Below, piece by piece: positions 17,385 through 26,038 of a stretch of 64,000 nucleotides of DNA. The DNA is from an uncultured Fibrobacteria bacterium (GTDB taxonomy: Bacteria > Fibrobacterota > Fibrobacteria > UBA11236). The DNA lies in NCBI GenBank assembly GCA_963716395.1, contig OY970309.1:2368001-2432000 (forward strand), in the 5' to 3' direction. Position 1 is the stretch's first letter. Each line of letters starts with the position of its first letter. The position numbers and the translations under genes were made by a program. The notes under the pieces are model-generated. The model ran no database searches, had not been told where the DNA came from, and saw nothing but the letters and a program-made list of their open reading frames with translations.

Positions 17385-18917
17385 ATGGATGATTTGAAGA
17401 AGTGGTACCGCTCCGGGTTGGCGACGCGGCTGGAGGCGCTGCGGTCGGCCCGGCGCGAATTCGCCCCGGGCGGCGCGGCGCGCGATTCGGTATGCCGGAT
17501 CGCCCGCCTGCTCAAAGACACCGGATCGCTGCACGGCTTTCCCGAAATCAGCCGCGCGGCGGCCGAAGTCGAGCAGGCCGCGGCGGGGGAATTCGAAAGC
17601 GCCCTCGATCAGCTGCTGCTGGTGCTGGAGAAATCCGGCCCTCCCGAAGAGGAAGAAAAAACCACCTTGCTGGTGATCGACGACGATCCCGCCATCGGCG
17701 AAGTGCTGCGCGCCGTGCTCGGCGGCCGTCATCGCGAAGTGCTCACCGTGGGTACGGCCCGCGAGGCCGAGATTCTGTTGGAGGATAAAAAAGTCGATCT
17801 CATTCTGCTCGACCTCATTCTGCCCGACACGGATGGGCGCAATTTTCTGCTGCGGCTCAAAGAGAACGCGGCCACGGCTACTGTGCCCGTGCTGGTGTTG
17901 TCGGCCAAGATCGGTGTGCAACCCAAAACCGAATGCTTTGCCCTGGGCGCCGACGCCTATTTCGAAAAGCCCTTTGAAATCGATACCTTGTCGGTGACCG
18001 TGTCGTCGTGGCTGCATCGCAGCGAAGGCGCCCTGCGCGAATCACGCCGCGACGCCCTGACCGGATTGCCGAACCGCCCCGCCTTCCGCGAAGCCTTTGC
18101 CCGCCACGCCTCGCTGGCACAGCGCAAAGGCGAGCCCCTGGCCGTGGCCATTCTCGATCTCGATCGCTTCAAGCGGGTCAACGACACCTTCGGCCATCGC
18201 GTGGGAGACGACGTGTTGCGCCGCACCGCCGCGGTGATCAGCCGATCGTTGCGCAAGTCGGATTTTCTGGCGCGCTGGGGCGGCGAAGAATTCGTGGTGC
18301 TGTTCCCCAATACCGACGTGGAAGGGGCGGCCAACGCCATGCGCAAATCGCTGGAATGCCTGCAAGCCGAAGAGTTCCAGCCGCCCGAAGGGGCGCTGTT
18401 TCACGTCTCTTTTTCCGCCGGCGTGGCCGCCGTGGATTCCGAAGTCGGGGTCGACGAAGTCGTGGCCGCGGCCGACAAGCATCTCTACCTAGCCAAAGCC
18501 GGCGGCCGATGCCGGGTAGTCACCCATCGCGACCAACCCGGGGAGCAACCGCAAAGCGTGCTGTTGGGAGTGGGAAATTCCGCGGTGGCCGAGGTCATCC
18601 GCTACCGGCTGCAGCGCGACGGCTTCGAAGTCGAACATACGCGCGACGCGCCGGGCATGATCACCGCCGTGCGGGGGCGCGAGTTTTCGGTGGCCATTCT
18701 GGACGCGAACCTGCCCGGACAGAAGGATCTGGAACTGGTGAACGCGCTGCGCGCCGGCCACGGATCGCGGCGCTTGGCGGTGCTCCTGCTCACAACCCCG
18801 GGCGAAGAGCGCATTCTGTCGCGCGGCTTTGAACTCGGCGTCGATGACTACATCGTCGAGCCGTTTTCGCCCATGGAACTCCTCACCCGCGTGCGCAGCC
18901 TGGTGCGCCGCGCCTGA
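17385..18917 (+). CDS. Diguanylate cyclase (Hpt-like - REC - GGDEF - REC)
   Basis: DALTGLPNR, DLDRFKRVNDTFGH, RKSD I-site, GGEEF; first receiver intact. Confidence 0.92.
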   Translation: MDDLKKWYRSGLATRLEALRSARREFAPGGAARDSVCRIARLLKDTGSLHGFPEISRAAAEVEQAAAGEFESALDQLLLVLEKSGPPEEEEKTTLLVIDDDPAIGEVLRAVLGGRHREVLTVGTAREAEILLEDKKVDLILLDLILPDTDGRNFLLRLKENAATATVPVLVLSAKIGVQPKTECFALGADAYFEKPFEIDTLSVTVSSWLHRSEGALRESRRDALTGLPNRPAFREAFARHASLAQRKGEPLAVAILDLDRFKRVNDTFGHRVGDDVLRRTAAVISRSLRKSDFLARWGGEEFVVLFPNTDVEGAANAMRKSLECLQAEEFQPPEGALFHVSFSAGVAAVDSEVGVDEVVAAADKHLYLAKAGGRCRVVTHRDQPGEQPQSVLLGVGNSAVAEVIRYRLQRDGFEVEHTRDAPGMITAVRGREFSVAILDANLPGQKDLELVNALRAGHGSRRLAVLLLTTPGEERILSRGFELGVDDYIVEPFSPMELLTRVRSLVRRA

Positions 18918-18923
18918 CCAGTC

Positions 18924-18948
18924 CCCTGCGGCGTCGGGCGCCGCAGGG
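18924..18948. terminator. Hairpin between convergent genes
   Basis: CCCTGCGGCG-tcggg-CGCCGCAGGG, perfect 10-bp stem; weak U-tract. Confidence 0.6.
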
Positions 18949-18959
18949 AATCGCAGAAA

Positions 18960-19613
18960 TTACTTGACGACCGTGACCGCAATCGCGACGCCGGGGTGGC
19001 TCCGGTTGTAGAGGTAATAGCCGTCGCCGCTGTAATCGATATACACGTCGTCGTCGGCGTACCAGTCATCGCTCCAATCCTCCGGCCAGGGGTCGACCAG
19101 GACAAAAGAAAAGCCTTGGTATTCGAAGCGCGGATAGCCCAGGTAAATCACGGGGCGGGTATGGATGCGAAACCAGTGATCGCGCCCGAAGTACAGGTGG
19201 AAGCGCTGATGCGGGATATAATACCCCCCGTAACCTCCGCGTTGTGACCAGGTGCGGTGCTCGACCGACCAATGTGTGGCCCGGTCGTCGTGCCAGCTTC
19301 CGCGCCCGTGCCAGCCGTCGGACCGCTCCCAACCGCGGTGCTGTTGCCACGCATGCGCTTCTTTCCAGGAGCGATGGGGATGCCCGGCCCGAGGGTGAGG
19401 GCTCGGCTCGCGCCGGGGCTGGGGCTGCGGCCGTGGCGGCGGCCGGCGATCATGCTCCGCGGGAGGTTTTTGTTCGCGCGGCGGTCGCCGACTTTCGTGT
19501 TGTTTGTCGCGATTCCGATGATCATCGCGCTGGTTGTCGTCGGCCCAAGCCGCGGCCAAGGCCCCCAGCAGCACCAAAGTGGCGACGCGGGTCGGTGGAA
19601 GAAGTCGCATCAT
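18960..19613 (-). CDS. Secreted His/Arg/Trp-rich low-complexity protein
   Basis: GAGGA RBS; signal peptide; Pro/Arg-rich linker; aromatic/acidic C-terminal domain (DDVYIDYSGDGYYLYN). Confidence 0.7.
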   Translation of the reverse strand: MMRLLPPTRVATLVLLGALAAAWADDNQRDDHRNRDKQHESRRPPREQKPPAEHDRRPPPRPQPQPRREPSPHPRAGHPHRSWKEAHAWQQHRGWERSDGWHGRGSWHDDRATHWSVEHRTWSQRGGYGGYYIPHQRFHLYFGRDHWFRIHTRPVIYLGYPRFEYQGFSFVLVDPWPEDWSDDWYADDDVYIDYSGDGYYLYNRSHPGVAIAVTVVK

Positions 19614-19833
19614 GCTGTCCTCTCGTTGGATGGAAGATTCTCTTTGCCGGCCGTCCCGGGGCCCGGCCGCCCATGGCCATAAAATAGCGTATGGGGGCAC
19701 GTTAAACCGCTTTCCTCGTAAGGCACTCATCTGCATCCGAGATGCGGCGAGGGGTTTTGTAATCCGGTTGAGTCCGAAAGTGCCCGGGAGGGAAGCTATT
19801 TTTGCTTTTCCACCGGATTGCGTCGAGGACAAA

Positions 19834-20430
19834 ATGCCCGCCAAAAAAACCAAGAAAACCGTGAAAGCAAAATCCGCCGCCCCGAAAACTCCCGCCCGCC
19901 GGCCGGGGGGCGCTGAAACCAAAGCCAAAGAAACCGCGGTTAAGGCCGCCCCGAAATCCCCCGGCGGGGTGGGACTCAAGGTCGGTGACCGCGCTCCGGA
20001 TTTTTCCCGGCCGGACGAAACCGGCCGCAGCGTGGGCTTGTCCGACTTTCGCGGGCGCAAGCTGGTGATTTATTTCTACCCCAAGGATTTTACCTCGGGA
20101 TGCACCCAGGAATCCTGTGACTTTCGTGACAATTTGAATCGCATTACCGGCTCGGGTGCGGCCCTGGTGGGCGTCAGCGCCGATGCGGTGGACAGCCATC
20201 TTGGCTTCAAACAGAAGCACGGCCTAAACTTCCCTTTGCTCAGCGATCCGGACAAAAAAATGCTCAACGCCTACGGCGTGTGGCAGAAGAAGAGCCTTTA
20301 CGGCCGCTCGTTCATGGGCATCGTGCGCACCACCTTTGTCGTCGACGCAGCGGGCCGCATCGCCGCGGTATTTCCCAAGGTGCGCGTGCAGGGCCATGTG
20401 GACGCGGTCTTGGCCGCGCTGGGGAACTGA
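19834..20430 (+). CDS. bcp: Peroxiredoxin BCP/PrxQ with Lys/Ala-rich N-terminal extension
   Basis: YFYPKDFTSGCTQESCDFRD, RTTFVVD; GAGG RBS before ATG 19834. Confidence 0.93.
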   Translation: MPAKKTKKTVKAKSAAPKTPARRPGGAETKAKETAVKAAPKSPGGVGLKVGDRAPDFSRPDETGRSVGLSDFRGRKLVIYFYPKDFTSGCTQESCDFRDNLNRITGSGAALVGVSADAVDSHLGFKQKHGLNFPLLSDPDKKMLNAYGVWQKKSLYGRSFMGIVRTTFVVDAAGRIAAVFPKVRVQGHVDAVLAALGN

Positions 20431-20440
20431 GGAACGACGG

Positions 20441-21670
20441 GTGGATTCGGGTCCCCGCCGCGTGTTGATTCTGGGCGGGGGGTTCGCGGCCTTCCGCTTT
20501 GCGCGCGATCTGCGTCACTCTTCCTACCGCTTGCTTCTGGCCGCGCCGCGTAACCACTTTCTCTTCACGCCGCTTTTGCCCAGCACCACGGTGGGTACCC
20601 TCGAATTCCGCAGCATTCTCGAACCCTTTCGCCGCAACCTGCCCGGGGTCGAGTTGCATCTGTTCGAAGCCACGGGCCTCGACCTGGGGCGCAAAATCGT
20701 GGCGGGGCGCAGCCCGCTCGACGGCCGCGAAGCCGAGCTCGCCTTTGACGATCTCATCATCGCCGTGGGCGCGGTGCCCGGCACCTTCGGCGTTCCGGGG
20801 GTCAAGGAACACGCCTTGTTTTTGAAAGAGATCTCCGATGCGCGCCGCATCCGCCGCGCCGTACTCGATTGCCTCGAGCGCGCGTCCTGGCCCGGCACGA
20901 CCCCGGAGCGACGGCGTGAAATTCTGAGCCTGGTGGTGGTGGGCGGCGGGCCTACCGGCGTCGAGTTCGCCGCCGAGTTGCACGACTTTCTCCACCGCGA
21001 CTTGGCGCGTGCCTATCCGGCCGAAATCGAAGCGGTGCGCATCACCTTGCTCGAAGGCGGCCCGCATCTGCTGGGAGCCTACCATCAGGCTTTGTCCGAA
21101 TACACCGCACGCCGCTTTCAGCGCGAGCACATTGAGGTGCGTACGCACACGCATGTAACCGGTGTCGCAGACGGGCGTGTCACCCTGCAGGATGGATCCA
21201 CCGTGGCCTTCGGCCTCTTGGTGTGGGCCACCGGCAATGCGCCTTCGGCCTTCGTGGCCGGCCTGCCGTTCGCCAAGGATCACGCCGGCCGCCTGGTGGT
21301 CGACCCCACCTTGGGCGTGGCCGAAGGGGTCTACGCCTTGGGCGACTGCTCTTGCCTCGCGTCGCAGCCGGTTCCGGCCACAGCGCAGGTGGCCGAGCAG
21401 CAGGGGCATTATCTGGCTGACGCGTTTCGCCGGCGCGCGCGGGGGAGGCCCGTGAAACCCTTTCGCTATCACCCCATGGGCATGCTCGCCTATGTCGGAG
21501 GCCATCGCGCTGTGGCCGATCTTCCCCAATTCCAGGGCCGGGGCCGCTTGGCTTTCCTGTTCTGGCGGTCGGTGTATCTCACCAAGGTGGTCAGCCTGCG
21601 CAACAAAATTCTGGTGCTGTTCGACTGGGCGAAGACCCGGGTGTTCGGCCGGGATCTTTCCCGCGTATGA
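20441..21670 (+). CDS. ndh: Type II NADH:quinone oxidoreductase
   Basis: LGGGFAA, FTPLLP, VGGGPTGVEFAAEL, ALGDC, PATAQVAEQQG. Confidence 0.9.
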   Translation: MDSGPRRVLILGGGFAAFRFARDLRHSSYRLLLAAPRNHFLFTPLLPSTTVGTLEFRSILEPFRRNLPGVELHLFEATGLDLGRKIVAGRSPLDGREAELAFDDLIIAVGAVPGTFGVPGVKEHALFLKEISDARRIRRAVLDCLERASWPGTTPERRREILSLVVVGGGPTGVEFAAELHDFLHRDLARAYPAEIEAVRITLLEGGPHLLGAYHQALSEYTARRFQREHIEVRTHTHVTGVADGRVTLQDGSTVAFGLLVWATGNAPSAFVAGLPFAKDHAGRLVVDPTLGVAEGVYALGDCSCLASQPVPATAQVAEQQGHYLADAFRRRARGRPVKPFRYHPMGMLAYVGGHRAVADLPQFQGRGRLAFLFWRSVYLTKVVSLRNKILVLFDWAKTRVFGRDLSRV

Positions 21671-23727
21671 CGGATTCCGCCTCGTCCTTCGGTGCCGGGA
21701 ACGCGCTCGCGCAGGCAGCCAGCCCGTATTTGCGGCAGCATGCGCGCAATCCTGTGGACTGGATGGAATGGGGCGACCAGGCTATGGCCCGCGCCCGCGC
21801 CGAAGGCAAATTGCTGCTCATCAGCATCGGTTATGCGGCCTGCCACTGGTGCCATGTGATGGCGCATGAATGCTTCGAAGACGCCGGGATCGCGGCGCTG
21901 ATGAACCGCCATTTCGTATGCGTGAAGGTCGACCGCGAAGAGCGGCCCGATGTGGATCAGGTGTACATGGAGGCGGTGCAGCTCATGATTGGCCACGGCG
22001 GCTGGCCCCTGAATTGCTTTGCACTGCCCGACGGCCGGCCAGTCTACGGCGGCACCTATTTCCGTCCCGAGGCTTGGCACACCGTGCTGACGCGCCTGGC
22101 CACGCTGTGGGAACAGGAGCCCGATCGGGTGACCCAAGAGGCGGGCCAATTGGCCAAGTACCTGCAAGCCAGCCACCGCCGCGCCCCGGGCCGCGTCGCG
22201 GAAGGCGTCACCTGGAAATGGCCGGAGGTCTACGCGGCGTTCTCCGCCCGCTTCGACCGCGAGCAGGGCGGCACGGCCGGGGCGCCCAAGTTTCCCATGC
22301 CGGCGGAGTGGCAGTTCCTTCTGCGTTACGGGTGGGCCGCGGGTGACGCCGGTTGCGCGCGCCAGGTGCGCCTGACTTTGGATCGCATGGCCGCGGGCGG
22401 GCTGTGCGACCAACTGGGCGGCGGCTTCGCGCGCTACTCCACCGACGCCGCCTGGAAGGTGCCGCACTTCGAGAAAATGCTGTATGACAACGCCCAATTG
22501 ATCGAACTGTACGCCGAGGCTTCCGCCGTCTATGCCGAGCCCCGTTACCGCGACGCGGCCCTGGACGCGGCCGAATTCCTGGAGCGCGAGTTGGCCCTGG
22601 AGGGCGGCGGCTATGCCTCGTCGCTCGACGCCGACAGCGAAGGCGAAGAAGGCCGCTTTTACGCCTGGACGCGATCCGAATTGGAAAGCGCCTTGGGCGA
22701 GCGCCTGCGCTGGTTCGCCGACATCACCGGCGTAGACGGCGAAGGTCATTGGGAACGCGGCAACAACGTGTTACTTCGGCGTTACTCCCTGGAAGACCTG
22801 GCCGCGCGGCAGGGATGGACGCGCGCCGAGGCGGAACGGGTCTGGGCCGAAGCCCGCCGCGATTTGCTGGCGTGGCGCGCGCGCCGGCCGCGCCCCGCGC
22901 GCGATGACAAGGTCCTGACCTCGTGGAACGGGCTGACGGTGCGGGCCCTGGCCGCGGCCTTCCGGCATACCGGCCGCGACGTGCTGCGGCAACGCGCCGT
23001 GCGCACGGCCGACTTTCTGCTCGGGCGCGCCCGCCGCGCAGACGGCGGCTTGTGGCACCGCGGCTTTGAGGACGCTTTCGCCGTGGAAGGGTTTCTCGAA
23101 GACTATGCCCTGCTGGCCGATGGCTTGATCGAACTTTATCAGGTCACCTTCGCCGCGCGCTATCTCGACGTCGCCCGCGGTCTGGCTGACTACGCACTGG
23201 AGCATTTCGGCGGCGACGATTCGCCCTGGCTGTACTTCACCGCCGACACCGCTCCGCCGCTGCTGGTGCGCAAACGGGAAACGCAGGACAACGTCATCCC
23301 TTCGTCCAACGCCGTCTTCGCGCGCGTGCTGCTGGCGCTGGCCGATTTTTTCGCGGCGCCGGAGTACCGCGTGCGCGCCGAAGCCATGCTGTCCGCGGTG
23401 CGCGCGGAGTTTCCCATCTACGCGCCGGCCTATGCGGTGTGGGCGCAGACGCTCCTGGCCGAAAGCTTTCCCATGGCCACCCTGGCGGTGGTTGGTCCCG
23501 AAGCCCACGCCTTCCGCGACGCCACGGCGGGGAAGTACCGGCCGCAGTGGCGCTATGCCGGCAGCGAAATCCCGGCCGATCTGCCGCTATTGCGCGGCAA
23601 GTTCCAGGCCGGCGCCACTTTGGCCTTTCGCTGCCAAGGCGACGCCTGCGGCCGGCCGCAAACGGATTGGCGGCAGCTGCTGGAGTCGGAGAACCTGCGC
23701 TGGAATCCCGAGGGCGTGGCGCCGTGA
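21667..23727 (+). CDS. Thioredoxin-domain YyaL/SPATA20 (DUF255) protein
   Basis: SPYLRQHARNP, CHWCHVM, KVDREERPD, PHFEKMLYDNA. Confidence 0.93.
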   Translation: MTDSASSFGAGNALAQAASPYLRQHARNPVDWMEWGDQAMARARAEGKLLLISIGYAACHWCHVMAHECFEDAGIAALMNRHFVCVKVDREERPDVDQVYMEAVQLMIGHGGWPLNCFALPDGRPVYGGTYFRPEAWHTVLTRLATLWEQEPDRVTQEAGQLAKYLQASHRRAPGRVAEGVTWKWPEVYAAFSARFDREQGGTAGAPKFPMPAEWQFLLRYGWAAGDAGCARQVRLTLDRMAAGGLCDQLGGGFARYSTDAAWKVPHFEKMLYDNAQLIELYAEASAVYAEPRYRDAALDAAEFLERELALEGGGYASSLDADSEGEEGRFYAWTRSELESALGERLRWFADITGVDGEGHWERGNNVLLRRYSLEDLAARQGWTRAEAERVWAEARRDLLAWRARRPRPARDDKVLTSWNGLTVRALAAAFRHTGRDVLRQRAVRTADFLLGRARRADGGLWHRGFEDAFAVEGFLEDYALLADGLIELYQVTFAARYLDVARGLADYALEHFGGDDSPWLYFTADTAPPLLVRKRETQDNVIPSSNAVFARVLLALADFFAAPEYRVRAEAMLSAVRAEFPIYAPAYAVWAQTLLAESFPMATLAVVGPEAHAFRDATAGKYRPQWRYAGSEIPADLPLLRGKFQAGATLAFRCQGDACGRPQTDWRQLLESENLRWNPEGVAP

Positions 23728-23967
23728 AAAAGCGGTCGACCGCCCCGGGACCGGGGCAACCGGGACGTTAACCCCTTGATGCAACAGGAAATGAAATCCT
23801 TCGGAGCCGGCCTCGTCACCCCTGCAAGGCCTGTCGCTCTAAGGCCGCAAGCCTTTGCCCCGGAAATTTCCGCTTTGCAAGGGCGGTAACCGAGAGTAGA
23901 TTCCAGGCACGAGATCCCGCACGGCGGGGTCTTGACCTCTACACCCCTCACCTCCATAGGAGCTCTT

Positions 23968-24267
23968 ATGAACAAGCAGGAATTGATTGCGGCCGTAATC
24001 GCCGACAAAAACAGCGGCATCGAATCCAAAGCCGCCGCCGAACGGGCCATCAACGCGGTGCTAGAAGGCATCGAGAGCGGCCTCAAGAAAGACGGCGGCG
24101 TGCAGCTGATCGGCTTCGGAACCTTCTCCGTCAAAACCCGCGCCGCCCGCAAGGGCCGCAATCCGGCCACGGGCGAGGAGATCAAGATCAAGGCTTCGCG
24201 CACCGTCGGATTCAAGGCGGGTCTGGCGCTGAAAGAAATCGCCAAGAAGTCCAAGGGCGGCAAATAA
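23968..24267 (+). CDS. hup: DNA-binding protein HU
   Basis: MNKQELI, GFGTF, ARKGRNPATGE; AGGAG RBS. Confidence 0.96.
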   Translation: MNKQELIAAVIADKNSGIESKAAAERAINAVLEGIESGLKKDGGVQLIGFGTFSVKTRAARKGRNPATGEEIKIKASRTVGFKAGLALKEIAKKSKGGK

Positions 24268-24284
24268 TCGCAGGCCCGATACGG

Positions 24285-24320
24285 GAAAAAGGGGTGGCCT
24301 TGCGGCCGCCCCTTTTCTAT
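24285..24320. terminator. Rho-independent terminator after HU (possibly bidirectional)
   Basis: AAAAGGGGTGGCC-ttgc-GGCCGCCCCTTTT. Confidence 0.85.
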
Positions 24321-24346
24321 TTCGCTGACTTTTCACCGGCGCCGGC

Positions 24347-25192
24347 ATGTCTGATTTTTCCTCTGTTTCTTCCTCTTCTTCTTCTGCATCGCTTCGGGTG
24401 GGACGCATCCCGTTCCTGGTGTGCGCGCCGTATTTTCACGCCTCGCTCGGCGGATGGCCGGGCGCCTGCTTCTCCGCCGGTCCGCCGCGGCTTCTGAACC
24501 GCCTATTGGCCGCCGGCGATCTTGACGCCGCGCCTTCGTCGAGTTTCGAATACGCCCGCCACTTCGAGCGCTATTTGCTGCTGCCGGGTTTGTGCACGTC
24601 GGGCCGGGGCGAAGTGAAATCGGTGCGCTTTCTGTCGCAACGGCCCTGGGAAGCGTTACATGGCGAACCCGTGGCCCTGGCGGCGGCCTCCGATACTTCC
24701 AACGCCGTGTTTCAGGTGCTGAGCCGCTTCCGCTTCGGAGTGACTCCCAAGTTAGGGGAAGAGGGCGATGGGGCGCCGGTTACGGGCCGGGTTTGCATCG
24801 GCGACGCGGCCCTGCGCGCCGCCTCGGGGGACTGGCCGTTTCGCTATGATCTGGCCGAGGTTTGGGAAACCTGGCAGGGTACGCGGCTGCCCTTCGGCCT
24901 GTGGATGGTGCGTCTCGAAGCCTGGCGCGCGGCGCGGTCCCGGGTGCGGGCCTACCATGCGCACTTGCGTCAATCCCTGGCGGATTTTTTCGTCGACCCG
25001 GCCGCAGCCCTGGCGGTGTGGGATCGCGTGCACCCCTTGCCGCTCCGCTTGCCGGAGGCATTGGATTTTTTCTCCACCACCGATTACGCCTTCGGGCCCT
25101 TGCAGGAGCGGGCGTTGCATACCTTTTTCGCGCTGGCGCGCGAAGCGAACCTGTTCTCCGCGGTTCCGCCTCTGCGCTTCGCCGAAGTTTAG
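24347..25192 (+). CDS. mqnA: Chorismate dehydratase, futalosine menaquinone pathway (MqnA-like)
   Basis: LRVGRIPF, PRLLNRLL, SSFEY, GEVKSV, SDTSN, IGDAAL, DLAEVW, LPFGLW; divergent. Confidence 0.78.
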   Translation: MSDFSSVSSSSSSASLRVGRIPFLVCAPYFHASLGGWPGACFSAGPPRLLNRLLAAGDLDAAPSSSFEYARHFERYLLLPGLCTSGRGEVKSVRFLSQRPWEALHGEPVALAAASDTSNAVFQVLSRFRFGVTPKLGEEGDGAPVTGRVCIGDAALRAASGDWPFRYDLAEVWETWQGTRLPFGLWMVRLEAWRAARSRVRAYHAHLRQSLADFFVDPAAALAVWDRVHPLPLRLPEALDFFSTTDYAFGPLQERALHTFFALAREANLFSAVPPLRFAEV

Positions 25193-25358
25193 ACCTCGGC
25201 CGCCGCCCTTCGACAAGCCCAGGGATCGTAGGGGTGGGCTCCTCGGCGCGGCCGGTGAGCCTGGTTCCCGAGCTTGTCGAGGGATGTCGAACCGGCCAAT
25301 TTCATCGCGTGCGCCTTCGGCGGATGAGGAACTTTTGCGAGTGGTGTTAGACTTCGGC
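25189..25358. repeat. REP/MITE-like insert with imperfect inverted repeat and 12-bp flanking direct repeats
   Basis: CCCTTCGACAAGCCCAGGGA (25206) / TCCCGAGCTTGTCGAGGG (25266); flanks TTAGACCTCGGC and TTAGACTTCGGC. Confidence 0.6.
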
Positions 25359-26006
25359 TTCGGCCTCTTCCCGGAGAAAGCGCCGGGTGGCGTCGGGATG
25401 CGACAGCGACACCAAATGATTTTTTCCGGGGAGAAGTTGCAAGCCCGGCAAATGCAGGGGCGGGCGGATGAGCCAGTCGCCTTGGCAATGCAGGGCGCTG
25501 CAAGGGACAGCGGGTTCGCAACCCGGCCACTCCATCATCATTTTCGGCAGTTGCCGCAACAGCGCCGGCGAAAAATCGCCCATGACCCGGCGCAAAAATG
25601 CCTCGCCTTCGGCCGTATGCATGCCCAGCCGGCGGAGCAAGGTGGGCAGGCGCAGGAAGAAATGGTGCAATGCGGGTCCGGGAATGGCCCGGGCCATGGC
25701 ACCCGCCATGTGGAAGGGCAGGCGGATGAAGCGGGGATGGGTGCAACTCGCCAACAGGATCACCTTCTTCGCCCCGCATTGGCGGGCGATTTCCAGGGCC
25801 AGCATGCCACCCAGGGAAACGCCGCCGATGACTTCGCCCGCGGCAAACCCGATTTGCCCGGCCAGGCGCAGGGCGTAGTGCTCAAGGCGTTCGCCCGGCT
25901 CGACGGCGATGAGATCGTGGCAAAAATATCGATCTCCCGGGAGATTCAGGCATTCCAACACCCGGCGGTCCAGGGCAAAGCCGGTGAGAAGATGGATTCT
26001 GCGCAT
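25347..26006 (-). CDS. Alpha/beta hydrolase
   Basis: GVSLGG nucleophile elbow, GDWLI Asp, GKNH His. Confidence 0.82.
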   Translation of the reverse strand: MRRIHLLTGFALDRRVLECLNLPGDRYFCHDLIAVEPGERLEHYALRLAGQIGFAAGEVIGGVSLGGMLALEIARQCGAKKVILLASCTHPRFIRLPFHMAGAMARAIPGPALHHFFLRLPTLLRRLGMHTAEGEAFLRRVMGDFSPALLRQLPKMMMEWPGCEPAVPCSALHCQGDWLIRPPLHLPGLQLLPGKNHLVSLSHPDATRRFLREEAEAEV

Positions 26007-26038
26007 TCCTTCTCCCATCCTATTAAATTTTCCGGAGC

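Noticed and set aside
24347-24395. Poly-Ser N-terminus of MqnA
   Set aside because: Probably a pyrimidine-rich leader or start-site ambiguity; no evidence it is functional
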